Below are positions 37,266 to 50,271 of a stretch of DNA of 64,000 nucleotides, piece by piece. The stretch's first letter is position 1. Each line of letters starts with the position of its first letter. A program made the position numbers and the translations under genes. The stretch spans positions 1-64,000 of the forward strand of contig JAHBMJ010000090.1 of assembly GCA_018398765.1 (NCBI GenBank). Direction: 5' to 3'. The DNA is from Chromera velia (taxonomy: Eukaryota). The notes under the pieces are model-generated. The model was not told where the DNA came from, ran no database searches, and saw only the letters and a program-made list of their open reading frames with translations.

Positions 37266-40200
37266 AAGAAAGAAAGAAAGNNNNNNNNNNNNNNNNNNNN
37301 NNNNNNNNNNNNNNNNNNNNNNNNNNNNNNNNNNNNNNNNNNNNNNNNNNNNNNNNNNNNNNNNNNNNNNNNNNNNNNNNNNNNNNNNNNNNNNNNNNNN
37401 NNNNNNNNNNNNNNNNNNNNNNNNNNNNNNNNNNNNNNNNNNNNNNNNNNCCGATTGCCCCCCTTCCCCCTGCAGATCGAGAAGGTGTTTACTTTCATAC
37501 AGAAAATACAAAAGAATTATGTATACAAATACAGAATTCTGTATGAAAGTAAACCGATTGCCCCCCTTCCCCCTGCAGATCGAGAAGGTGTTTACTTTCA
37601 TACAGAAAATACAAAAGAATTATGTACACAAAAAAATTCTGTATGAAAGTAAACCGATTGCCCCCCTTCCCCCTGCAGATCGAGAAGGTGTTTACTTTCA
37701 TACAGAAAATACAAAAGAATTATGTATACAAATACAGAATTCTGTATGAAAGTAAACCGATTGCCCCCCTTCCCCCTGCAGATCGAGAAGGTGTTTACTT
37801 TCATACAGAAAATACAAAAGAATTATGTATACAAATACAGAATTCTGTATGAAAGTAAACCGATTGCCCCCCTTCCCCCTGCAGATCGAGAAGGTGTTTA
37901 CTTTCATACAGAAAATACAAAAGAATTATGTATACAAATACAGAATTCTGTATGAAAGTAAACCGATTGCCCCCCTTCCCCCTGCAGATCGAGAAGGTGT
38001 TTACTTTCATACAGAAAATACAAAAGAATTATGTATACAAATACAGAATTCTGTATGAAAGTAAACCGATTGCCCCCCTTCCCCCTGCAGATCGAGAAGG
38101 TGGAATGTCTCCGGGAGGGTCGGTCCCTTTGTTCCTTTGTTTGTTCCTATGTTCCTTCCTCTGTCTTTTCTGTCTCCTCACTTAAGCAAGAGCAATAGAC
38201 CGACTTTTCTCCACGGATAGATTGAGATATCGTCGTCCAACCTCCGCTTTACATCCACGCGCTCTTCCTTCTTCCTCTCTTCACCGCCCAATGACAAGCA
38301 CCGTTTCCCCCTTTTTTGTCTTCAGCATGGCCTTTTTTGTCGGCTTCGTTTGCCTTGCTCTGAATGACTTCTGTGTGTCATCGCCTCTCATAGACGGTGA
38401 TCTCTTTTTTCATTTTTCTTTCGCCCTTCGTTTCGCCCCGATTTGATCCACATGTTGCAGCACTGCGCTCCGTGGCTGCTGCTCAACGAGGCAAGCAGCA
38501 GTACGTCGGGCCAGGCACAGGGGAGCGGCTCGATGCCGTGGAGGTGCTCGTCGACCGGCTGGAAGACTTGAAGAGGGGAGCTGCCTCTTTGGCAGACAGC
38601 ATGGCAGGTAGGTAACTGGACTCTGACGTGCAAATCATTGCAGTCAATCTCATATTCCTCCTGTGCACCTGCGTGTTTGCTTTTCGAGTCAATTTCTCAA
38701 CGAACTTGCGTGCATGTGTCTGTCTATCTGTCTGCTTTTGTCTACGCATGTTTGCCGACTTTTCCGTCTGACTATTGGTTTATTACGCGGTCGTTCAGAC
38801 TACCTGACTGCCTGCCTGCCTGTCTCTTCGGCAGCCTGTGAGTTTCTTATCGAGACAAAGACCTCTTTTTGGTGTCTCTCCGGTCCTGTATCGGGCCGGG
38901 ATGCGTCTTGTCTAGTCAAAGACGGTTCACGTTGGAAAGTGTAGGCACAGACGCTTTCACTTCTCCTCGTATTTTTGCAGGCATTTGTAGCTCTATCGGG
39001 GTCGCCGCCTCTCTCCCAAGTCTCTCTGACTCCGGAGCCGAGAGAAGTCCCTTGAGTGCCATCAGGGGTGAGAGGGTTGTGGAGACGGACGGGCGTCTGC
39101 TGGCCTTGTCTGAGAGGGCGCTGCGGTTCCTTTCGGCCGTTCGGGATCTCGATCCTGTGCTCGAGGGTGAGTAGGGATAGGGGTTGTCCTTACGTCTGTC
39201 TGCTTGTTTATACTGTCAGATCCCTGACTGTCAGCCTCTCAAAAAACCTCTCCACCACCTTTCTCTCCCTCCCTCTGTGTGTGCGTTGGTATCTGTGCGT
39301 CATTATGGAAGTCTCCAGTGGCTTGTGCATTAAATCAGTCCATTCGGAAAGTATGATGAAGGCTGTCAGTGAAGACCAAGAGGAGAGACCTCAACAAGAA
39401 AATCGAGACGTACGTCCTCACCAGACACGAAAAACTGGATGTCTCTCCATCCATATTCATGCAGACGCCTACCACCGGTTGTTGAAGGTCGTCACCATGC
39501 CAGGAGGAATGTTCATCGACGAAGACATTGCTGCCGCTGCCTCAAGGGGCGACGCAGGAGGGGCGGCAGGGTCCTTCCAGGTGGGGGCACTGGCAGGGTT
39601 TCCGTCTGACCAACTGCTTCTTGCAAAGACATTCATGGGCGCTGGGGCTGCACATGGAGAGAGGGGGGCGGGAGTTGATCTATCAAGCGCTGCACGGGAA
39701 GCGATGGGGACACGCGGGGGGGGACAACAGGTATGTGCTGCTGTTTGTCTGCCTGCTTGCCTGCCTGCCTATGTGTTGTCTCTCCACTCTTGGATAAATT
39801 CATCTTTTACGCGAGCGTCCCACCCCTTCACGTTGACAATCTTGGAAAGAGGTAATCGGAACACACACACACACTCATAGGTGGGGAGTGAAGCTCAGAG
39901 GAGTCTTCCTTTCCTGTTCGGATTGCTGCCTGGAAGGACGGACTGATGGCTGGATGGAGGTGCATCGATGCTCGGGGGTCTTCTCCTCTCTTCACCTGTC
40001 TCTCTCTCACTTTCAATATCTTCTCTACATCTCTCTCTCTCTCTGCAGACATCCGCCGGCACGCTTCAGGCACACGCCTCGCTTTCCTCCCCCGGCCCCC
40101 CAGCTCCACTCTCTGTCTTCGTGCCTACAGCCGACGGAGCCCAATTTGGTACATACGACTACGCCACAAATCCCTACCGATTCCCCAAACTTCCCTTCTC

Positions 40201-42897
40201 AGGCACAGCATCCTCCTTCCCTGTGGACAAATCACCCCCAGGACACCCTCTTTCCGCCTCCGCCTCTGCACGACAGTCGCCGCTTCAGCAGAAGGGGTTC
40301 TTGGGGCCCATTGAGGTCGTCTCCCCGTCTCCGATCAATCCTCAACAATCCGTCCCTTTTCCGTCGCAGTCTCCAAAGAAGCCCTTCGCTGATACCCGCG
40401 CAGCCTCTACCACAAGCCCTTTCGAGCCCCCCGTCTTGGCAAAGGCCCGCCTGTCGAAAGATCAGCCTCGGGAATCGCGGGATTGGGAGGAGGCCGACGA
40501 CTCTGTCGAAGAATACTTCAAGTCTCCCAAACAGAGATCGAAAGACGAGGAGAGGGGGGATTTGGGGGGGGAGAGAAAAGGGGAGAGGAACGAGGAAAAA
40601 GATAAGGAGACGAACAATGAACAAGAATCCACCAACGAGGAAGGAACTGCTACCAACCACGTTTCCTCCGAACCTCCAACAAATGAAGCTGGCACGGTTC
40701 TCCAAACTCAAAAGGCGTCTCCTTTGGTGGCATCAGAAACAGCAGAAAAGGGCCCAAGGGAGAAGGAGGCCGCGATCGACAAGGCTTCTGTGGAGGACGA
40801 GAAGAAGAAAGATGATGTCGTTCCAACGAGACACCACGAGGGTACGTCGGTTGATCGATCGATCGACAAGGCATGCAGCGCATAAGCAGAATTAAGGGAA
40901 CATACGGACCATGCATGTATGTGAGGGTATCCTGTACAATTAATATGGTCAAGCTTCCTCTCTCGTCTGCGCACAGTATCCCCAGGCCCTCACTGTCTTC
41001 TTCCCGAGTTTTTTGTGTCAATCAAGCTTATTCATATCTCATGTTTCCTCTTCTTCTTCTCCCCTTTCCACTCTCATTCTTTCTTATCAATCTGATTGCA
41101 GCAACAACCGCCAAGCCCCCATCTCCGGAGGGAGCCCATGCCGAGTCGGACAACGATGTTTCGATCGTCCTCCCCAGCCAGTGGGCTGCCCGGCAGGCTG
41201 CTGCCAAGAGAGCGGAGGAAGCCGAAAAGGAAAAGGAGAGGGAAAAGAACAGGCTAGTCGCTTCTGCTGGGATAAAGACCCCAGCCCTCTCCCTGGTCCC
41301 TCCCTCGAAGCCAGAGACGGAAAGGGACTCCTCTGTGCCGGATTCCAACCAGAGCCCGAGTCCTCTAGCGTCTTCGTTCCAAACACAGGCAGCGCAGAGG
41401 GTCACAGAGGGGAAGAAGGAGACTGCTCCCACACTGCTGGCAGAGAAGGACAATGAGAAAGGCGACAAGCAGAGCTCACCAGTTGAATCTGCAGTGCTTG
41501 AGGAGCAGTCTGCCGCAGCAACTCCCAGGGAGCCAGTCGGTGGTTGTGCCGATCTCCAAGCAGTCAGCACCTCTTCCCCGCTCCCAAAACCAAAACCGAA
41601 GGGACCTCCTCCAAAACAAGCGCCATCCATCCGAATAGAGGAAGGAACGAGAGGTCCGCAATTTGATTGTATGTATGAATCTGCCTTTCTTTTGACTTCT
41701 CGCCCGTAGGTGCCGCTACCCATTCCTCCACCGTCCCTTCAATCAATGCAATACGTGGACCGTTTCTCGTCAACACTTTTGTCTAATGTTTTCTGACCCT
41801 TTTCTTTCTGCAATTGACGACTGGTCTTGTTTCTTGAACAGGAGAATTCATGTGGTTGTGTTGCTTGCAGGCCCTGCCAGTGCCAGTGGGAACCCAAACA
41901 ATTCAGGACCCCTCTCGCCGTCTGGAAACCTGAATACTTCCCAGGCTGCGCAGGCAAAGAAGAAACCGCCACCGCCAAAGGGACCTCCCCCGGGAGCAGT
42001 CGCTCTTTTGAGCGCTGCGGGATCACCAGTGGGAAAATCACTGCAAGGTCAGGCAGGCAGGTAGGCGGGCTCTGCACACGCATTAGCAGAAAAAGAAAGT
42101 TGACTTGCCGGCAAAATTACAGTAACATCGTCTTTGTTTCCCTCAGGAGTCGATCCACTTCATCCAGTCTGCAATCTTCCTTCTCTCAGTGTTTTTCTCG
42201 TTTTCGGCGGACCTTCAGACTCATTCTTCTTTCCTCCCTTCCTTCCTTCTTCCCTAATCTCTGAATGCCCTCTCTATGTCTTCTATGCTTTCACTGCGAC
42301 ACACCTTGGTTGCCATACCGCACCGCTATTCCACAGTCTGCTTTCTATGTGCATGCACTAATCATAATCCCCCTCTTTTCCTTTTTTCTCTTTTCCTTTT
42401 TACTCCTTTCCTGTCGCTCTTTCATTTGTTTGAAGAAGGTGCGCATACATTCATTAATATTTTCACTCCGAGTTGCTGTGTGTGTGTTCACTCCCATGAT
42501 CTCTAACTTGCGCCCGAATGAATGTACCGTCACAGGAACGGAACTGTCCTCACCCAAAGCCAAAGGGACCCTCAGACCGGCTACATCTCTGCTCCTTGAC
42601 GGTGAGTGAGGGCGCGGTTGCAGCTGAAAATGATAAGAGGCATACGCACTTTGGTCACTCTTGACCGTTCTTTTTCTTATGGAATGCCAGTGCGGCTGAA
42701 GGGAAATTGGAGAATGAATCGGACAGTCAGTCAGTCAGTACTGCAGCAGAGCTGCCACAAAGTAAACTGCATGAGAATACGAAGATTCCGGGTGTGCCTT
42801 TTCTCTTCCCTCTCTTTTTCCATCTGTCGGCCGTAACAGAAAGGGGGGGGAAAGAAGAGGGGAAACAGAGGGACTGAATGCTTTCTCTCTCCCTCTC

Positions 42898-42972
<75 letters not shown>

Positions 42973-43835
42973 GTGTGTGTGTNAGGTCAGGCAGGCAGGT
43001 AGGCGGGCTCTGCACACGCATTAGCAGAAAAAGAAAGTTGACTTGCCGGCAAAATTACAGTAACATCGTCTTTGTTTCCCTCAGGAGTCGATCCACTTCA
43101 TCCAGTCTGCAATCTTCCTTCTCTCAGTGTTTTTCTCGTTTTCGGCGGACCTTCAGACTCATTCTTCTTTCCTCCCTTCCTTCCTTCTTCCCTAATCTCT
43201 GAATGCCCTCTCTATGTCTTCTATGCTTTCACTGCGACACACCTTGGTTGCCATACCGCACCGCTATTCCACAGTCTGCTTTCTATGTGCATGCACTAAT
43301 CATAATCCCCCTCTTTTCCTTTTTTCTCTTTTCCTTTTTACTCCTTTCCTGTCGCTCTTTCATTTGTTTGAAGAAGGTGCGCATACATTCATTAATATTT
43401 TCACTCCGAGTTGCTGTGTGTGTGTTCACTCCCATGATCTCTAACTTGCGCCCGAATGAATGTACCGTCACAGGAACGGAACTGTCCTCACCCAAAGCCA
43501 AAGGGACCCTCAGACCGGCTACATCTCTGCTCCTTGACGGTGAGTGAGGGCGCGGTTGCAGCTGAAAATGATAAGAGGCATACGCACTTTGGTCACTCTT
43601 GACCGTTCTTTTTCTTATGGAATGCCAGTGCGGCTGAAGGGAAATTGGAGAATGAATCGGACAGTCAGTCAGTCAGTACTGCAGCAGAGCTGCCACAAAG
43701 TAAACTGCATGAGAATACGAAGATTCCGGGTGTGCCTTTTCTCTTCCCTCTCTTTTTCCATCTGTCGGCCGTAACAGAAAGGGGGGGGAAAGAAGAGGGG
43801 AAACAGAGGGACTGAATGCTTTCTCTCTCCCTCTC

Positions 43836-43933
<98 letters not shown>

Positions 43934-45361
43934 ATGGTTTCACGTTCTTTCTCTGCAGCATCTGGGGGTTCCTCTCCTTCCGCAAAATCCCCCGGGGGAA
44001 GCCTCTTGAAGTCAGCCCCCCCATCAAGGGCCTCCCTCACCCTTGCAGGAGCCTCGGCTGATGCCGCCAAGTCTCTGCCGCAGTCTCCTTCTGCAAAATC
44101 CCCAAAGCCATCTGAACCCCCTCCGAAGACCTCCTTTCCTTCCCCCACACCGTCCGCCTCTGTTTCATTCGTCAACGATCAAGGAGCCAAAGCACCCCTG
44201 GCGGCATCACAGGAATCCGTATCAAGCCCCCCCTCCCGAACCCCCTCCATGGGGGGAAAGTCAGGGGCGTTCTTCAAGGCCCCGCCCCCCCCTCCTAAAG
44301 TCACCTCCAAGCCCCCTCCCCCTCCGCTGAAGGTCGTGAGTCCCTCAGCCAGCAGGACGCCTGTAGATTTGGAAGTGAAGGACGAAACAGGGTTGTCCCT
44401 GACTGTCGGGAGAGACGGAGAAAGCCCGAGAGTCGAAGTCGCACCCTCTCCAACTTCTTCTCGCGGTCCACCTCCCAAGATTCTCTCCGCCTCCTCCGGT
44501 CAGTCACGGGGAGGTGATTTATTTTCCAGGTGTGTGTGTCTGTGTCTGTATTCGATCGTGTGTGCATTATTGTTACATCTCTTCTGTTTGCAATTTCCTT
44601 TGCAGCAGTCGTTGAGCAGAAGTTGGTTCTCTCTAAGCCTCCGGTACAAAGTCAAGAAAAGGCACAATCTTCTCTCATTTGATCTTCACTCAATCACTCT
44701 CTACTCTTTCATGGTTTCATGAATGACTCCTCCCCCTCAATTTTCCCCGGCCATGCAAATCTTCTCTCCTAAAATTGCAGGCTCCGCTCCCTCGCCCCCA
44801 AAAACAAAACCCTCCCCACCATCACTACCCCCGAGCGCAAGCGGGGGCCTCTCACCCGCCGCTTCCAGCGTGGCCCTCCCGCCCTCCTCTCCTTCGAACG
44901 GACAGGCAAAAGGACCCAACCCCCCCCCACCCAAGATCATGAAGTCCACACCCAACGGAACCGCAGCCACTCTTGCAGTATCAGGCACTAGCACCGCCAG
45001 TCCCACTGCCATGCACTCCAAGCCAGCCCCACCCCCCTTCCCCGGCGGAAGTCCCCCCAAAGGCATTCTCTCCAAGAGCGAAGCACCATCCTCCAAGCCG
45101 AAGCCACCCCCCCCCAGCGTCCCAGGTGGTCTCTCCCCCTCCAAATCTGCCGCACCGGGATCACCTGCAGGTGCCCTGAGCACCTCTCAGCTGTCACAGC
45201 CCGATTCAGTAAACTCAGTCGGCGCCGCCTCTGCTGCCTCTTACACGGGGGGCGTTGCGGCGCCGCCACCCAAGAAGGTCCCACCTCCGAAGGGTCCGCC
45301 GCCAAAAAAGCCCAAAGGCCCCCCTCCACCGCCTCCAAAAGCATCTGCGGCCTCGCCATAA
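35077..45361 (+). CDS. Large multi-exon hypothetical protein with an N-terminal helical region and a long Pro/Ser/Lys-rich C-terminus
   Basis: Phase-compatible exons 35077-35155, 35258-35298, 35957-36580 and 38091-38118, then exons beginning near 38461, 38981, 39464, 40049, 41102, 41871, 42536, 43960 and 44781. It ends ...KPKGPPPPPPKASAASP* at 45361. No named domain was recognised, and assembly problems fall inside the gene. Confidence 0.65.
37451..38101 (+). repeat. 103-bp tandem array (6 full units plus a partial one; one unit is 100 bp), each with an 18-bp inverted repeat
   Basis: Units start at 37451, 37554, 37654, 37757, 37860, 37963 and 38066. The inverted repeat is GTTTACTTTCATACAGAA...TTCTGTATGAAAGTAAAC. 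Confidence 0.95.
42046..43920. repeat. 938-bp direct duplication separated by a single N, probably an assembly artefact
   Basis: 42046-42982 and 42984-about 43920 appear identical apart from (TG)n length, with N at 42983. Confidence 0.8.
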
Positions 45362-46964
45362 GGGGAAGCTGAGTGGCGTCGATCGATGTCTATTCGAATC
45401 AGCAAAGACACCAAGATTTGAAAAAGCGAAAGCTCAGTCGAGGGGGGGAGGGTGCGAAAAGAATCACCGGGCTGGCGATTTTGCTTCCAGCATGTGCAGA
45501 GAAACAAACAACCATGCATGATGAATGCGACTGAGGGTTGCATCTTTCAGTCACTAACCGACACACACGGTGCATGTCCAAGGATAAAAAACGGGAGGCG
45601 AGGCCAGGGAGAGACCAGGGTCGTCCCGGGCCCCCACACAAATCCTGCAATAATAATTGAGCCTCACCTGTATTCCGCTCACTGAACCAGGTAGCACCGT
45701 AGCGTTTTAAACCATAAAACCTTCTCACAGCTCCTCTTTTGTTTCTCTTCATGATTCGCTTTGGAAAAGATCAACCGGTTTACCAGTTCTGGTTGTTTTC
45801 AAGAACGTAGCCCACAGTGGACTCGGAGCCCCGTAAATTGTAAAGCAAAATATCTGAATCCCTAGCTGAATCCGTGCCTGCTAAATGATGATGATGATGA
45901 TGTATGAGGTTAAAGCCGGTGAGCCAAAATCCCATACGGTCTGCACTTTAAGTCAATTGAAGGTTTTGTTTGTAACTAGTACACCAGCCACTGGCAGTGC
46001 ATAAAGTTTTGGGCGGGGAAGTAGCTTTATGAAACATCATCATCATCATTATACGCCATCGCCATCGGCCTCTAAATAGGCATCTAGCGTTCGGCGGCAA
46101 TACACGAGGCAGTTTGGTTCTTTACAAGTTACAACAGCAGTTCACTTAATTTGAGTTATACTTAATTTAAGTAAGATATTTCAGTAGCATGTTTAAAATG
46201 ATATTTATTTATAAAATACATTAGTATTAGACTTATTGATTGATTGATTGATTGATATAGATTTATTTACTTAAATATCAAATTAGTGAGCTGTAATGGC
46301 GCCTAAAATGCCACTGTGAATCGATTACACTCTCTCAGCTACAATACCGTGACTAACTATTACTAAGCTAGCATTTATATTATAAATATTTATTATTTTA
46401 AAAATACATGAATTGAATTGAAGGGATTGAGGCAGTTAAAGCCGGTGAGCACGTACACTACTTGGGCTCTGGCCAACTTATATACTTGTACATATGTTCC
46501 AGTTTTTGTTGTATTTTTGATTGCTACTAAACTGCCACTAGTTTAGTTAGAAAATCAGCTATTAAAATCTAGCTTTAGAATTTGCCCGAAGACCTAATAG
46601 TAAAAATCAAACTGATTCAAAGGCTTTAATTAAAACACTCAAAGTAATACAACTACAGCTGGTCAAATCCCCCGTAGTACAGTTAGCATGATGATTCTAA
46701 CTTATGAAATGCGTTTAAATAGCCGGTTGTAGCGAATCAACAGTACAGTTCTTTCAATTGGACCATTATATTAGACTATACAGTGCTGGCAGTGCTAGCA
46801 TTGCTGCGGCATCAACTTGATTTCGCTTGATAGACGCAAAGAAACCAGTTTGTGGCAATGACGTATGAAAAGCTTTTTGAAAAGCTTCTGAACGTAGAAA
46901 ATCTGAAGCAGTGGTTTGAAGCATTTAAACCTCTACTTAAAGCGTATGCCTACGCTTTCATTTC

Positions 46965-48147
46965 TCAACCGTAGTTTGGCAGCTGGAGCACTGCTTCCAA
47001 AACGGCTTCAAAAAGATCTTCATCATCAACTTCAACATCAGCGTGCTTCCACACATTATGAAAACACGTGTTGCTGTCATCAGAATGACTTCGTCGTCTG
47101 ATGTAGTCCTTGCGTTTGGCCAGTTGCGCACATTTCTGCTGACTCACCAGCAATTCTTTTTCAAATCTTTCAGAAAACACCCCATGAACTGCTCGGTAGA
47201 ATATCCCCGGCTTCCCCAACATTTCCCTGTAATGATCGTTTTGCACAAAGCCGAAAGGAAACAGCTCAACCACAGCGGCATTCTGGGAGAGGAACATGCC
47301 GTTTGTCAAACCGGCTCCATGCACCATAATGAGGACGTCCGTATCCCCCATGAGCTCCACCTGCTCGCGGGGGTTTGGAGGCATGCCAGGGACGTACCGC
47401 ACAGTGACATTCAGATAGGTAGGGAGCTGCTCTAATGTCTCAAGAATTTTGTCAGGGTCTCGCAACTTGCGCGTTGATTGTGAACCTGCCTGACGGTCAA
47501 CAAGCGTCACTCTTGGAGACTGAAATCGGTCACCCCACCCTCTTTCCTCCACACCCAGACTCTCACGCAGAGTTGCATGGTCTCTCCATCCCCCCAGCAC
47601 GTTTTGTCGGTATGAGAAGGTGCGCGCACTCCGTGCGCAGATAGAGTACGGCATTTGAGCCCTCCATACATTTCCATTGCATGTATTGCTTTCATCCGAG
47701 GGCCGCAGATGATTTCTGAGGAGAATGGGTCGCTTGGGTTTGTCAACTGCCGATTCTCTGTGCTGCATTGAGTCCAGTAGAACCTCCAACTCTTCTTCCG
47801 AGAGGAGACCCGTCGCTCTGGAGACGAGTTCTGAGAGAAGCATGTTCTTCCAGGGCGTGAGGCACTTCTCGTCCGAGTTCACGAAATAGAGGGACCCCTC
47901 TGGGTCTTCAACAACGTCGCTCCATGCCGGCATGAAGAAAGAGGCGAAGTGATACAGGTTGGGGTTTTGTTCCAAGTTGAGGAATTTGGTCCCCTCAGGC
48001 AGCCACTCGATAGGGCCCCTCTGGACCATCTGGTCCCAAGACGAAAAGTTGTACCTGTCCAGATAGTTCATCGGAGTCGAGGCCTTCTTCCCGTTGGAAC
48101 GGAAATGATACCTGCACGGGAATACAACGTATATGCATCGGTACACA

Positions 48148-48193
<46 letters not shown>

Positions 48194-48877
48194 CACACAC
48201 ACATACACGGACACACACACACACACGGACACGCACACGGACACGCACACGGACATACACACGGACAAGGACACACACGGACATTTACGGACACACACAC
48301 ACGGACACACACACACACACACACACCACAACACACCCGAACACGCAATGAGCACCACCATATACCGCACACAGCACAGAAAATGCACCACCACACATAC
48401 CACAGGGCCCATATACACTACACAAAAACAGCATGCTCATATGCGAACAGAACAGGGTACGGGCGGCTCATGGTTCATGCACACGGGCGGTGGCATAAAG
48501 CTGCGGTATGTTTGAAAAAAGTGAAATGATGGGTGTGCGTGCACGTTGCACTCTGTGCCACCCCTGCACCCTTACCTATGCATTCTCATCATTTGGCGGT
48601 CCCCGCTTGTGGACATCTCTCGTGGTACAGGCTGGAAAGCCTCTATGGCTTCGAGGAGGTCTTCTTCGTGTTCCGAAGCGATGATAAAGAACTGTTCGCC
48701 ATTAAAACAAAGAGTCTCGTAGTCACAGGTATCGAGCATATCATTGTCAATGCGGCACTCAAGAATGTCCCGCTTCTCAGAGCAGAGACTGAAGTCCTGC
48801 GAACGTGCCTTTGGCAATGTATGTTCTGGAAAAGCGGCCCACACAAGGGCTACCAGGAAGACGGGTCGGGTCAGCAT
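46965..48877 (-). CDS. Glycosyltransferase family 61 (DUF563; EOGT/POMGNT2/xylosyltransferase-like); exons 48877-48576 and 48111-46965
   Basis: Signal-peptide-like MLTRPVFLVALVWAAF, NLYHF motif, and QVELMGDTDVLIMVHGAGLTNGMFLSQNAAVVELFP (GT61 HGAGLTN signature); the phase-2 intron joins correctly. Confidence 0.9.
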
Positions 48878-49630
48878 CTCAAAATCTGTTGGTAAGAATT
48901 CCTTCTTATCGACAACTCTCTATGCATGAGTAGTCGTGCGGACTTCTTGTTCTCATCAATTGATCTGTTTCAAGACGACTTGAGACGGATAGGACTGTTG
49001 GCCGTCCAAGGATACATATGCATGTACTGTTGTTGTACCATGCACAAGATTTCTTTTGAGTTTCGATTTTCACTTCGGTGCAGAAACCCAATGTTTCGAC
49101 CGATCCAATCACGTTCTTATACATTCCCTCCTGTAGAAACTGTTAATTGCTGTGCTTTGGCAGCTTTGGTGTGGTGTGTTCGCGTATGTTCGCTCAGTGC
49201 ATTGTGCAAGTTGTCTGACCTATTTTTCAATGTTTGTCGATGTGTATTACGGGATACACCCGGCCAACCGTGCAGTTGGGTGAGTGCCTCGGGGGACATG
49301 GTGGATGGTGTGCAGGCCCGCGCAAATTTATCTGACGCACTCCGTGCGAATGGCCCGGAAAGCGAAATTAATTCTTCTTGCCCATGCATGGCTCAAGTTT
49401 GGTAAGTGCCCCTTCGATCTGCTTTATTGTCTTTCCGGGGCCTAGCTTGGCGTGCGTCAGATCTTCATGTCAACGTCGGGCGTCCATGGATCTGGGGGGA
49501 TGCATTTTTTGTTAAGTACTCTCTCAGCTTCGCTTTCCAGGCCATGCAAGTGCGCGCAATCTCAGCTAGGGCCCTTACATGTGGGATGAGCTGCCCAGGC
49601 TCTAAGCTAGGCGAGTCGTACATATTTCAT

Positions 49631-49808
49631 AGCTTCGTGCAAGTTGCTTGAGGGGCATATTTTAGAATTATGTATGTAACATCATGACAGACAGACAGAC
49701 AAACCCCGAACCCGTTGCCTCCCCCTCCCCCCGCGAAAATAAAAAAGAATGCGTTATGCCAGTGTATGCGATCTCAGAGCCTTTTGGCTAATGTCAACAG
49801 AACTGATA
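49631..49808 (-). repeat. Dispersed intergenic repeat, copy B (AT-shifted)
   Basis: The reverse complement aligns by eye with 34350-34503. Confidence 0.7.
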
Positions 49809-50271
49809 CATCTCGGCCTTTCGTAAAATGTCGCGGCCTCTCGGTGTATCACGTTTACTCACCAAAGTAAAGCTCTCTAACAGCTACCTCTGAGACAATC
49901 TTTCTCATTCATCAGTGAGATAACTCAAACCTGATTTTCCTAGTAAGTATTTTTTTATAACCATTATTTAAAAAATAATAATTATTTTGATTATGAAGAA
50001 AAATACGTTTCACAAGCCTTAGTGGGCTTAATCAAAGTTTTAAAACACATTATTTTAAGAACTTTGATTTGTTTTTCATAGTTTTTTACCTAAAAATTAA
50101 TACACCATAAATCTGACAAAATTTTATGGTAAAGTTGAGGGTTTTGCATAATTATTACGGCTTATTATCGGTTTAGAATAATTATTATTGCTCTCTGCCT
50201 AGGAGTTCTAACTCCACCTAGAGTTTGGCATCAATCAATGGCCCTATTTCAATAATCATTATTGAGTTATC

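Noticed and set aside
36631..37601. Long K/E/R-rich ORFs and a repeated purine block
   Set aside because: Low-complexity purine tract running into a gap; the internal repetition is probably assembly stutter.
37451..38101. CRISPR-like look of the palindromic array
   Set aside because: There are no unique spacers, the units are near-identical, the context is a eukaryotic intron, and no cas genes are present.
42046..43920. Apparent tandem exon duplication (GTELSSPKAKGTLRPATSLLLD twice)
   Set aside because: The copies look identical and are joined at a single N, typical of unmerged contig overlap. They also lack the transitions seen in the other repeats.
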